Positions 1 to 12,044 of a stretch of DNA of 64,000 nt are shown here, in pieces. The stretch spans positions 5,952,001 through 6,016,000 of the forward strand of contig OX597829.1 of assembly GCA_951406725.2 (NCBI GenBank). Direction: 5' to 3'. How positions within the stretch are numbered: position 1 is the stretch's first letter; each line of letters opens with the position of its first letter. The stretch is from Octopus vulgaris (taxonomy: Eukaryota). Under the pieces are notes generated by a model. It worked only from the letters and a program-made list of their open reading frames with translations. It made no database searches and had not been told where the DNA came from. Both the position numbers and the translations under genes were made by a program.

Positions 1-89
1 GAATTATGGTGTAAAGTTCATGCTTTACACCATAAATGCTATTGGCTAAAGGAGCACCCGCACTGGCCTTGATTTAAACCTAGTTGCAC

Positions 90-400
90 AAAATTGCTCC
101 TCCAGATGTTATTAAGCTTTTCTATAGACGTTCTTGCCATGGCTAACCGTGAACATATTTCTTTCTTACAACTGCCTTCATCAGAGATTTGGGCTTCAAG
201 TTACTTGTACAGTTCAACCTGTTCGAGCCTCTTACTGTACAGTTTTATGTTAACATTTACTTTCTGTTTTCTTACTATCATCACATATTTTCTTATGGTG
301 GAAATAAAGACCAGACCTTCTCGACTCTTATTTCTCATTCATTGCAGTCTGGTTTACATTTGGGCAAGTAGAACAGTATTTTCTGCATACTTTGGATTAG
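90..400 (-). mobile_element. RTE-clade LINE reverse transcriptase fragment (degenerate)
   Basis: Minus-strand translation gives KYAENTVLLA (decayed RYADDTVLLA) and RLEQVELYK*LEAQISDEGSCKKEICSRLAMARTSIEKLNNIWRS, typical of the RTE RT/thumb. Confidence 0.75.
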
Positions 401-653
401 AAATATGCAAGACACGAGAATACTACAAATAATTATGACTTAGAGAAAATGCCACGGATTTTGAGGGGAAATATGTAGCAGAGCAACTCCTGTATACAGT
501 TGGATGAAAAATAAATGTGAGTCCGGATGAATCTGAACTACGTCATAAAATTTTATTACTAGATGTAATGATGCGAAGAAAGATATAGAGAATTTTGAAA
601 TAAGCAAAAGTGGCTTGAAATTTTCCAGAAGGCTAGTCAATAGCATCTACACT

Positions 654-790
654 AGTATTTATTTCTTCGACCTCGAAAAGATCAAAGACAAAGTTGACCT
701 CCGTGGAATTGGAATTCAGAACATACAGACGGACGAAATGCTGCTAAGCATTTTGCCTGCCGCGCTAACGATTCAGCCAATTCGCCGACT
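654..790 (-). mobile_element. tRNA-derived SINE family A (Meta-domain-like core), diverged partial copy
   Basis: Reverse-strand match to the copy at 10046-10275 (tcgacctcgaaaagatcaaagacaaagttgacctcc...gaaatgctgctaagcattttgcc). Confidence 0.8.
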
Positions 791-1322
791 CATATATAAT
801 ATTAAAAAATAACCCTAGTAATGATATTGGGTAAACCATTTACTCAACTAAATTGCCTCTAAATTTTACAGGCTGAGAAACTGATTATAACTCACAAAAC
901 AAAGAAATATTCCGAGAAATTTTAATCTATCAACTTTGCAATACAGCGTTAATTACGAAACGAAATGATTTCATAGTTTTCAAGACACAGGAAACAAAAC
1001 ACAAAATAAATAAAAGAAAAAACCCCAAATCATTTAAATAGTTCACGAAGACAAATATTCTAGGATGTTTCTTTCTCTCGATATATATATATAGATATAT
1101 ATATATATATATATAAATACATACACGCACGCACACACACACATATACATATATATCAATATACATAGTTATAAACAATATCTACATTGTGTGTATATAT
1201 AAAGATAGCATACAATAAATGCATATATATGTACAAAAGTTGTGTATATATGTGTGTGTGTATACTCACGTATATATATCGATATATGCATATATGTATA
1301 CATCTCTCTCTCTCTCTCACTA

Positions 1323-1374
<52 letters not shown>

Positions 1375-1375
<1 letters not shown>

Positions 1376-1525
1376 CGGGAAGCTTTATGAAAATAAACAA
1401 AAGACGAATGCAGGTGGAATACAAACAAACAATTGTATTAGTACGGCGCTCAGGAATATAAATATAACAAGTCTTTTACGTTTCGAGCCTACGCTCTTCA
1501 ACAGAAAGATACACAGAAAAAAACA
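1375..1525 (-). mobile_element. Short non-autonomous PLE-associated repeat next to (TA)n; same family as 42569-43135 and about 4330-4500
   Basis: Aligns over about 140 bp with 42569-42715 and carries a minimal hammerhead-like motif. Confidence 0.65.
1472..1509 (-). ncRNA. Minimal type I hammerhead-like motif with CUGUUGA core variant
   Basis: Reverse complement reads tcttt-CTGTTGA-a-gagc-gtag-gctc-GAAAC-GTA-aaaga. Stem I is 5 bp, stem II is 4 bp, and stem III is minimal and palindromic (ACGT). Confidence 0.55.
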
Positions 1526-1859
1526 TAAGCTATGTGTGCGTGTGTTAAAGTGTTAAAGTGAGGTCATCATTCTTTTAAGCCTAATTTCTGAAATATAATG
1601 GCACCTTTTTTCACACAGCACAATGATCAGAGTCGCTTAAGTCTTCTTGAAAAGCCGCTAGAAGTTTGAAGAACCGGTCAACAGGAACTTTATATTATAT
1701 ATATATATATATATACAACACCACACACACAAATACTTATAAATATAAATGTGTGTGTAATAGTAGAGTTTCAGAAGGACGGCTCTGCAATTTCTCTTAG
1801 AACAATCTGCATAGACGATCTGTTTACAATGTTCAAATCTTTTTGCTGCTCATTAGTCC

Positions 1860-2040
1860 ACTCCCTCCATCAAATCGACGTGACGTGTAGAGGTGCACCG
1901 AATGACCATGTCGAAGTCATTGCGAAGCAACGTGAGATGAAATGGTTTACTCAAGAACACAAAGCACTACCGTTTCTGGAATTGAAGCCAAGTTCTAGCA
2001 ATCATGAGCGCAGCACGTTGACCACCAGCCCATACGCCCT
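1860..2040 (-). mobile_element. Old tRNA-derived CORE-like SINE fragment
   Basis: gagatgaaatggtttactcaagaacacaa followed by a decayed B-box/A-box head ending accaccagccatacgcc. Confidence 0.55.
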
Positions 2041-2619
2041 TAAATACACATGCGTATATCTGTACTTATATATTTACATATGCATGTATATAAGTACGTG
2101 CCTGTATGTACATATTTAATATACTTACGGTAATACAATATATACCCGTACTTTAATGTATCATCTTTTATTGGTTACTTGATTAATTCATTATACTGAA
2201 TCCATGCCGGAACACTGCCTTGAGGGATTTGAGTCGATCGAATCGCCTCAAATACATATTTCGTTTTAAACATGGTATTTGCTCTATTGGTCGCTGTTGT
2301 ACAACCGTTTAAAATACGGAAGCGTAAATACAACACAGACACTAACGCACACACACATTCAGATATACATATCTCTCTCTCTCTCTTTAAATATATACAT
2401 ATCTCTCTCTCTCTCTTTAAATATATATACACATATATATATATATTCATATATACATACACACACATATTTACACACACTCATACATATATATGTGTAT
2501 AATACACACACACACATACATATATATGTATAAGTTGCTGAGGGAGTAAAATGGTAGCATATTTTCAATGCACCGGCTAACACATATACACTCTCCCACA
2601 TATACATACATATATCTAT

Positions 2620-2728
<109 letters not shown>

Positions 2729-2742
2729 TAGCTGTCTATCTC

Positions 2743-2807
<65 letters not shown>

Positions 2808-4282
2808 ATATATATATATATATATATGTTTAGCTGTCTATCTCTCTGTCTGTCTGTCTATCTATCTACTGCTCTCTCACTATATATATATGGCGAAGAG
2901 AAAAATATAACCCAAATAAAAAGGCAGAGAAAGACTTTAACATGTATTTAATGATCTGTTACAGCAGTTTTTGTACCGGTTCATGCAAAAGTTCCAAGTA
3001 AAAATTTGCGAAATCTTCAGACCTGCATCAAGAGTGTGCTCTTACATTGTATCTTATATAATTATAAGCACACGCTTCACACATATAATGGGCTTTTTTC
3101 AGTTTCCGTCAACCAAAGGGATTGAAACCGGATCGTGTGGTTGGGAAGAAGCTGCTTACCACGAAGCCATACCTGCACATATTAATGCATACATCTTATA
3201 TATGTATATATCCAGACACATACAAACTTACGTACAAATATACAAAGATTTATGTAAACGTATATGGGAATGTGCCACGTACGTCTGCTATGCAACTTGA
3301 ATACGAAGTGGTGTCCATTTGTAATTAAAATCTTCGAACAACTACTAGTGTTTGCTACCTATTTTCACTGCTCAACTTCAGATCTGTCTGTACATGTGTG
3401 TGTGTTTGCATGTATGTGCACGTGGATTTGTTATGTATATATAATATATAAATACATACACATACAAATATAAAAGATAGAATGTTTTCTGTAAAATCAT
3501 GACGTCACGATCCTGGGCCGTTCTCATCAACTATTTTTTGCGGTTCCAAAATACCTGTCAGTAAAAGTACCTGTCTACAAATCTTGTTTCTTACTCTCAC
3601 CTGAAAATAAGGAAATGATGTAGTACAACATTCCTAGTTTTGATAGAAGAAAATTTTACTTGCTTCAAACTGATATCAAGAGCTGGGGCAACTAGTTTGA
3701 ATATAGATCATAAATAAGAAAACAATTTGCTTTATTCATAAGTTATTTACTTTTATATATGAAAGCAAAATAAATTTTACCGTTGAGAGTTTGACAATTT
3801 GTAAAGAAAATTATTGATGCAAAACTCTCCATTTCTTTGAACAAAATGGCATTGATTTTCTTAACCTTTTTTTTTTTTTGTAGACAGTTGCTTCTTGAGA
3901 GCATGTTTTGAATGAGTCAATAGTTAGTTCACTACATTTGTCATAGGGAGAATGATGAAGGATTGTTTATGAAATTCAGATGAAATAATTTTCTCACATA
4001 TATTTTTGTTCGAAGCTTTTTGGTTTATTGGTTTTTCTTGCAGGTATTTATATGTTTTTTGGCATGCATCTGCAAAAAAAAAAAAAAAAAATACACACAC
4101 ACACACACACGCACATAGACACATACACACACTCACACACATATGCACGCTTGCGAACGCAGAAATACTCTCTCAGTTTGTATGCATGTGTATATATATA
4201 TATATATATGCGAGTGAGTGGACAAATGAAAGAAAAGTGCACACAATACATTTAGTAGCAGTTACACGTGTACATACATACA

Positions 4283-4324
<42 letters not shown>

Positions 4325-5051
4325 CGTTCAAGTGCAACCGCTAATCCAGACAGGTTCTTTTCTTCCCGTTGGTTTTCCTGTCTCCGTCTGTTTTTTCTCT
4401 TCATTCCTTTCAGTAAAAGAGCGTAAGCATGAAACGTCAAAGACTCTTTCATTTTTCCGAGTGTAAAACTAGTACCTGTTTTTGTTCCCTACCTGTTTCT
4501 ATGCATGCATGTATGTATGTTTGTATATATACATGTATGTGTACATGTGTATGTGTGTGTGTGTATACATACATACACGGAATACGTATCTACGTCCTTT
4601 CTATTTTTGAAATATTCACAGTGTCGCTCCCATAGGAATGCCGAAAGAAAGTGTCACGCAGTGAGATTGTAAACCGTAACCATATCAAAATGTTTGTCAT
4701 GGTGACCCATAGTTGCAATAATGTATTATATATTTGTCACCGCGTTAGATATATCGTGTTGTTGGTTTTATTCCTTCTCGCTCTGAATCCGGTGCATCCT
4801 AGCCCTTCGCTGCAGAACATCAGTAGTATTCCTTCTCTCTTGGCACGTTTCATTGAAGATCAAGCTGACCATTTAGCATATCAATCTCATGAGATCCGGC
4901 AAACGTCAGAGCCATTGCCTTGTCTTATGACTAATCGACAAGAAATAAATTGTGTTCTGACAATAGCAATTTCACTGAAACTAGGAATCATATACATAAT
5001 ATTTATTATACAATATCCTCCTTATTATGAGGTGTGAATTGGAAAATTCAA

Positions 5052-5230
5052 TATGACGGTAGACAAAATACTTTGCGGTGATTTTTATGCACTCCTTTGC
5101 GATTCTGGATTCAAATCCAGCTGAAGGCAACTTTGTCTTTCATCAATTCAGCTTCGATAAATGTCCGGGCTCGATTTGTCGACTGAGCTTCCTCCACCAT
5201 TTCTGACCTTATGATTATCATAGAAACCAT
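5052..5230 (+). mobile_element. SINE family A, highly diverged copy
   Basis: ttctggattcaaatccagctgaaggcaactttgtctttcatc matches the B-box and core of 10046-10275. A similar decayed copy lies at about 6224-6425. Confidence 0.6.
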
Positions 5231-5569
5231 TATCCTTCATATTATTAATAACTATTAATTTCAAGCAATTATTTTACTTCATATACGGATACCTTATAAT
5301 ATTTTTAACATTATTAAAATCTGTCCTTGTGGCAGATAGTTGCAGTCTATTTATGTTATAATAAGTTTTATAATATTATACAGTTCACTCAGTAATGGAC
5401 ATTTTTATCTTTCACTTATATACTGGAGAGATAGAAACAGATAGAATAATCAGACTACGTGGCAACCAGCCAAGCGTTATTGCTTAGCTTTCTCTTCTTA
5501 TACATTTTTTTAGGTCCAACAACGTCTGATAATCCGTGACAAGCTTCATTCATATTCGATCCATAACCA

Positions 5570-6150
5570 AGCTAATCTGTAACCAAGCTTCATTCTCAAT
5601 CAAAACCTCTAGAAAGCCTGGAATAAATTCTCCAGTGAGGTCTCATGGATTTTGTTTGTGTCCACACGAAAAAGATGTTATCGGTACGTTTGAAAAGAAC
5701 AAACACGCATCTAAAACTCTCATGGTCGCTACAAATGCTACGTCTCTCCATCTCTGTGGATGTCATCTGGTGATTATCACATCTTGAATATAGCGAAAAC
5801 CACAACTCAATGCCCAACTTCCATTTTAGATCAAAAAATGTTTTAGCTTACAACAACCAACTCACCACTAAGCTGAAATAATACTAACAATGATCCATAA
5901 GACTGGACCCTAAATAAAGGTCACTTGATTGACTGACATGGGGGTTCTTGCCAACACACGTTAACGAGACTTGTTACCACTTTGCTTCTAGAGTTACCAC
6001 AGTGCACTGCTTTGCATGCTGATGACATGTCACTTCATCCAAGACCTATCTGCCTCAGTCGTCTCACTTCCTTCAATTACACGTATGTTCACCTCAGACC
6101 CTAAACAAAATACAATTTTCGGTTCCTTACTTCCTGAACATCGGCTCTTT
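5570..6150 (+). mobile_element. Possible Penelope-like RT remnant
   Basis: PGINSPVRSHG and TLMVATNATSLH resemble the PLE RT motifs PGRPIVSG and LVTMDVTSLY. The region is heavily decayed. Confidence 0.3.
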
Positions 6151-6877
6151 AGAATCAATGTGATCGACTAATCTGTTCCTTTCAAGATACAGGGCTTTAT
6201 TGCCTGTGCTTTTCTTTCATGGGTGAGTGACGGAGAATCGATAGAACACCGGGAAAATGTTTTGCTGTTCGACCTTACTTTCTGGCTCCAAAATCTAAAC
6301 GAGGTCAAATTTGCCCAGCATCCATTCTGGCCCTCTCAAATAGTGTGTCACTTTCGCATTGTTCGATGATATCGACTATCTTCCTTCCTTCTGTGTTGCT
6401 AAATTTGTGCTTAAATCAAAGACAATTGTTATCTTTTGGTTTGATCATAGTCAGAAAAGGCCTGCGCCGATAGACTTTTCAAGACCCCAGGGTATAAGGG
6501 TGTGGGGGTGTTGAAATTCGGTGCAGTAGGGAACAACGCATAAAAGTATCTATTCTTAGATGTACAAAATGATAGAGTAACCAATGACAGACAGCTTTGC
6601 ATAGATTACTGAGACTAAAACAACGGCAATTTAAGTAAGTCGAATTTAACTCAGCCGAACAATCTAAATCACTTAACTCAGTGCCTTACTATCCAACACA
6701 TTAAGACAAAGAAGACTCAATCTGGTTGCTTCAGAATCTCTCAAACTAAAACCTATCATCTTTAAGATGTTAAAACACGCTCAACAATATAATCTCATCA
6801 CTGGAACACAGGCTTGTTCAAATAAGGAAATTAAAAAAAAGAAACAGCTGCGACATACATTCATTACTACGAGCCAA

Positions 6878-7103
6878 CGACGTAGCTTCTGCGCAGTCGG
6901 TCGACCTGCCTGCTAGAAATATTAACCAAATCTTCAAATACACTGCCGGCTTATTAAAGAACATAGCATTGAATAAGGTAGTCTCTGGTATATAAAAAAG
7001 CTGGATGAGCTTGACTGAAACAGATTTGATCATAGTCCTGCTTGATCAGTGCTGGCCTAGGCTAAACAAAAAGAGCATTAGCAACAATATGAACAACAAC
7101 AAC
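6878..7103 (+). mobile_element. Ancient SINE family with (CAA)n tail; further copies at about 33338-33555 (+), 31980-32050 (-) and 34995-35150 (-)
   Basis: The shared motif ggtcgacctgc..ctagaaatag/tcagccaaat and a ggctaaacaa..caacaac tail recur in several places. Confidence 0.55.
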
Positions 7104-7899
7104 TGATTGTTACCTTGTTAATTTTTGAGTATAGTTGCTTTCCAGTTAGTACATGTTAGAATTTTAATGGAATCAAATGGGACATTTCAAAGTTGTACAG
7201 CTTGCTGCACAAGTGGCTTAACCTGAGGAATCAGATGTGAAACATTTACACGATTCCAAAGCAATGGAAGTGACTAAGACACAGAAGTTCGACAGAAAGA
7301 TTTTAGGTATTATATACTGCACTATTAAGAAATATACAAATAACAGTAAGATGCAATAAGATACTGTGTTGCTTATGCCTTTTATAAGGGCATTATTGTT
7401 TCAGAATCACAGTTTCAGTATCATTCAGCCATCAGATAATATTTTGACACACTGCTTCTCAATATTTCTCATATAAATAGGCTGATTTCTTACAGAGACA
7501 TATATTCATGACGTGTGTGTATGTGTGTGTGTGTGTGTGTGATGGTTGTGCAGAAAATAATGAGTTTTAGTGGATTTTATCTACCCTAGTGTTTGACTGA
7601 TACGTATTGTTTCTGCCTCTGAGAAATAGAAGTTCGAATCACCCTCGGTACGAGTTAAATACGGAAGGTAAAACCAAAAGCGTAAGTAAACTATATAAGC
7701 CATTTTTTCCCGGAACACTGGCTACGGAATTACTAATTTTATTCACGTTTCGTATATATCGGAAATGCTGTGCATTTGCGTCATTAGATAGAGTTTTTAT
7801 AACGGACAAATCGTTGGTCATTATAATTGTTATGGCGCGAGTGACAAGGGCTTGTTTGTACAACCCTATATAGAACAAATACTTTCTCCCATGTACATC

Positions 7900-8362
7900 G
7901 GAAAAAGAAACCCATATGTTTATATCGCATACATATCAGGTAGAAGTCAATTCATGTCCGAGTACATCACTTATTGGAAAGCTATTACGATGGACCGCAA
8001 AGAGAAGATGTTCGTGAACCACAGGGCCGCAGGCCAGTTTCAGAACAAGACAGACTTTGTTTAGACCGTGTTTTTCTAGGTTCTTCTTGTCTCAGACACT
8101 GAAGTTGCTGTCGAATCACTCCATCGCCATAGTTTTAAAAAGAAGTGACAAATATCTGAAGCCGCTGAACAGATACGCACTTGCACATGCATTCATCTGT
8201 TTAAGCTGCTACTACCACTCAACGCAGGTCATCGTGAGAAATTAATTGTGGATATTACAAGATGTTTTTGTGCATGAAATTAATGACTGAATAAGCTGTG
8301 CACAGATCAGAACATCTCAATGTATTGAGTCCTGAAATTTATCTCTTTTGGGGAATAAAAAA
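7900..8362 (+). mobile_element. Tc1/mariner-superfamily transposase remnant
   Basis: The ORF at 8298 reads RSEHLNVL..YLFWGIK, a decayed RSPDLNPLD..WG.LK motif. It is truncated by (TATG)n. Confidence 0.45.
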
Positions 8363-8395
<33 letters not shown>

Positions 8396-8799
8396 TGTAT
8401 GTATGTATGTATGTATGTATGTATGTATGTATGTATGTATGTATGCATGTAGGCTATGCGTCCTCATACATACACATGTACACACATATTTGGTTTTCTG
8501 TACATTTTGAACCATATATATATATTTATAGTGTGTATGTGTGAGTGTGCTGTTCAGCGATGGTTAGATCAACCCAAAAAGTAGTCCATCTGGCGAGAGA
8601 TGAATAGTATCTAATAAACACAATTTACGTATTTATGTGATAAGAGAATGTCAGACAATGTTTTCAACACGTCCGGTGTCCTAGCACAATCGTCAGACAC
8701 TGTCCACTTTTTCTTCCGAGCTAGTTTCAGCACATGAAACTAATAGCAGATAAATACATAGATTGTGTTTATTAAATATATATATATATATATATATAT

Positions 8800-9235
8800 A
8801 GGGTGGTGAACAGTTCCAGGTTTTGAATAAGTGAAATACAGAAGAATCAGTCAATTGTGATTTAATTTAACATATTCCCTCGTCAGATTCACACAGTTTT
8901 TCCTTCAGTTTTTCTATGCCCTATAAAAGAAGTCGGAATGTTGGGACACCGACCATTCCTGTCGCCACATCTTTAAAACCAGGAAAATCTGCAACCCCCT
9001 CGAAATTTTCACAGTAGAATGCCTTTTTTCAATATTTTTTTATTCCATATCAGACCATGTCTTCTTCGTTGGGAAGGCCTCTTCATGACGACCGATTTCT
9101 GCAGTATTTGAGGCAATTTAAGATGTATCGATAAACAATTGTTTTTTTTTATTTGATGACATAGATGTAAAGATTTTTCTGAACTCGCTGTTGATGTTCT
9201 GTGAGGTTCTTTCGACTCTCTCGCCCTAATTAAAT
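8800..9235 (-). mobile_element. Mariner-derived non-autonomous remnant
   Basis: Begins at TA with a mariner-like TIR (gggtggtgaacagttcc). aacatattccctcgtcagattcacaca is the antisense of a transposase C-terminus (CVNLTREYV). Confidence 0.55.
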
Positions 9236-9674
9236 TCCATGTACACATAAATGCATACACACACATACGCGCGCGTGCAAGCACACATACAATGCACGCG
9301 CGCAAGCACATACACAAATAAACGCACACACACACACAAACACACACGCGCACACCAAACGTGCACAAGCGCGCGCACACACACGCACTCAACGGTTTAA
9401 AGTTTCATAATTTTTATCCAATCAGAAAACAGGGTTTGGAAGTTAGCATTTTCTGCGCGATAATGTCTATCACATAATGAAAACAAAGGCATTAAGTCGA
9501 TAATGTTTTGTTTTAAACAAAATTTAAGTAAACATTACAACGACGAAAGTTGCAAGAAGTTTCAATAAGACAGTTTCACATGAATAAAGTCATGTGAAAC
9601 TGTCGAACAGGCACGTAAATAATATATACTTACTTGATATTGCATTATATGTTATATCAAGAAAGAGAGAACGA

Positions 9675-9746
<72 letters not shown>

Positions 9747-10045
9747 GACAGACAAACAGATAGAGAAATGTAGATTTGGTGATCTAAAAGTTGAGTTATT
9801 TCATTAGAAAATATTTTTGGATTAAGTGTAACCGAAAATCTGTTTTACTCGAGAACACACACAGAAATTTCCGGTATATAGTATACAGCTTTCCATTTCT
9901 TTTAAACTACACTCTTTCTTTATTTAAGGTTTCAAAATGCAAATATCTGAAATGTTGCGCTTCACATATGTATGCTAATAGTTATAATTAAGAATGTGAT
10001 AAAGAAACTGATGTGTGAATGCAAATATAATTTTAGTTAATTGAA

Positions 10046-10275
10046 GGGCAGCGAGCTGGCAGAAACTTTAGCACGCCGGGCGAAATGCGTAGCCGTATTT
10101 CGTCTGCCGTTACGTTCTGAGTTCAAATTCCGCCGAGATCGACTTTGTCTTTCATCCTTTCGGGGTCGATAAATTAAGTACCAGTTACGCACTGGAGTCG
10201 ATGTAATTGACTTAATCCGTTTGTCTGTCTTGTTTGTCCCTTCTGTGTTTAGCCCCTTGAGGGTAGTAAAGAAAT
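10046..10275 (+). mobile_element. Full-length tRNA-derived SINE family A with 21-bp target-site duplication
   Basis: Head ggcagcgagctggcagaa, B-box gagttcaaattcc and core gtctttcatcctttcggggtcgataaattaagtacc. TSD atataattttagttaattgaa at 10025-10045 and 10276-10296. Confidence 0.92.
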
Positions 10276-12044
10276 ATATAATTTTAGTTAATTGAACTGA
10301 AGAAGGAAAATATAAGATTCCCAGTATCCTGTATAGGTTTCATAGCCCCTAAAATATTTCTGTCTTTGTAATCTTTTTTTTTTTATATATCGCTACTGTT
10401 TATCCTCTTGTGATCTTCAAAGATGGAATGTTATTTGTCAAGATTTAAAACAACGATCGACCTTGGTAGTGTGATGGTATTATTCATTACGGGCAAATTA
10501 TTGTTAGCACTCGAGTCACAGCTGACCGACTTCGCTGTGTGTTCTTGGCTACATCAGCATACTGTCAAAGGTTCAGATAACTACGTACATGGGTTTAAGA
10601 CACTATACATGATACGGCTTGTTTCGTAAATATCCCATAAAATGCTGAGTTCAACGACTGATATGTTCACGTGGGATATGACCTACGCACACTAAAATTG
10701 AAATATGTGTATGCATGTGTATATACATATGGAAGCAAACGGGATCTGTGTGGTTTTCGTCACTGTTTACAATATTCTTAAAAAAAAAAAAAATTGTAAT
10801 GTATCATATAGGTATAATTTTTGACGCTGAATCCGAATTTGTTATTCATTTATTCCAGAAAAAATTCGCGAGAATGTTACAGGTGGTCAAAGTTTGACAA
10901 TTTTCAGAATTTTCAGTCAATCAGAAAACAGCTCGTTCGCTGCCTCTTCCAGTATCAGGGGAAAGGGAGGGGGCATCAGCATGTTAGAACATTAAACTAA
11001 CTACAGTAAACAGTAAAAAACATGAAAACAATCGCAAGCAAATTAAATATTTAAAAGCTACGAACAAACCAACAAGAGTTGCTAGAAATAACAGTCAAAG
11101 CATTGTTTAAAACAGACATTTATTAGTTAAAAGATTCATGAACGAAAGTTTGCAACACAATCTAGAATTTTATAAAATAAATTATCTTTCTCGTATCTCC
11201 TTCCCTACATAGGAGAGGTTTAAAGCTGTTCTAGAATCAAATTCCTTCTATTATAAAAAAAAATTAAATTATAGAATACATTGTGGTTACACTTCTGGTG
11301 CGCATGCGCGGTATCTTTGGTAACTATAGAAACAGAGTTCTTCGCAATCAGCCGTGTAACACGTGGTGCTTCTTTGCTTTGGTTACTACGGAAACAGAGT
11401 TTTTCACCATGGTGATGTGTAAAATACTCGCTCCTGATTGGCTAAAATACCCAAATTTTGCAAAGGCTAATAACTTTTTAATTATGGATTTATAGGGAAA
11501 TTGAATTTCATTTCCATATTTAGTATACAAAATTTAATCCAAAGACCAACATTGAAATCGACTGGAACAAAATTGTAAACAGTGCCGAAGACCACAAAGA
11601 TCCTACACGTGTATAATATATGGAATTTATAATATATGAATGTATATATACACACGCACACGCTCACTTGACGCACGCACACACAGACGCAGCACACGCA
11701 CGCATATACATTCTTACATATATGTATATATAGATAAATATATCGTTGCTATTATGCAAAAGTGTCGTAAGTCCAAGACGATAGCTTTTCAGAAGATGAA
11801 AAAAAATAGTTTCACCACTCCATAACAAAACTGTTGTTACACTTGGACAATTTTTGATATCTTGGCATGTGACGCAGCTGGAGATACGATAGTTTGACCA
11901 AGAGAACCGGCTATTGCAAGTGAAAATGAATATGGAAAAAATACAAGTTTGGACATACGATAGTTTAACATAATAGTAATGATATGTGTGTGTGTGTGAG
12001 TGTGCATGTGTGTGTTTGTATATTCATATACGTACACTTACATA

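Noticed and set aside
170-190. CTGATGA box on the minus strand (also at 23938 and 22871)
   Set aside because: These lie within LINE coding or low-complexity sequence, with no GAAA box or helices.
10790-11580. Possible DNA-transposon remnant
   Set aside because: No TIR pair, TSD or peptide motif was identified by eye.
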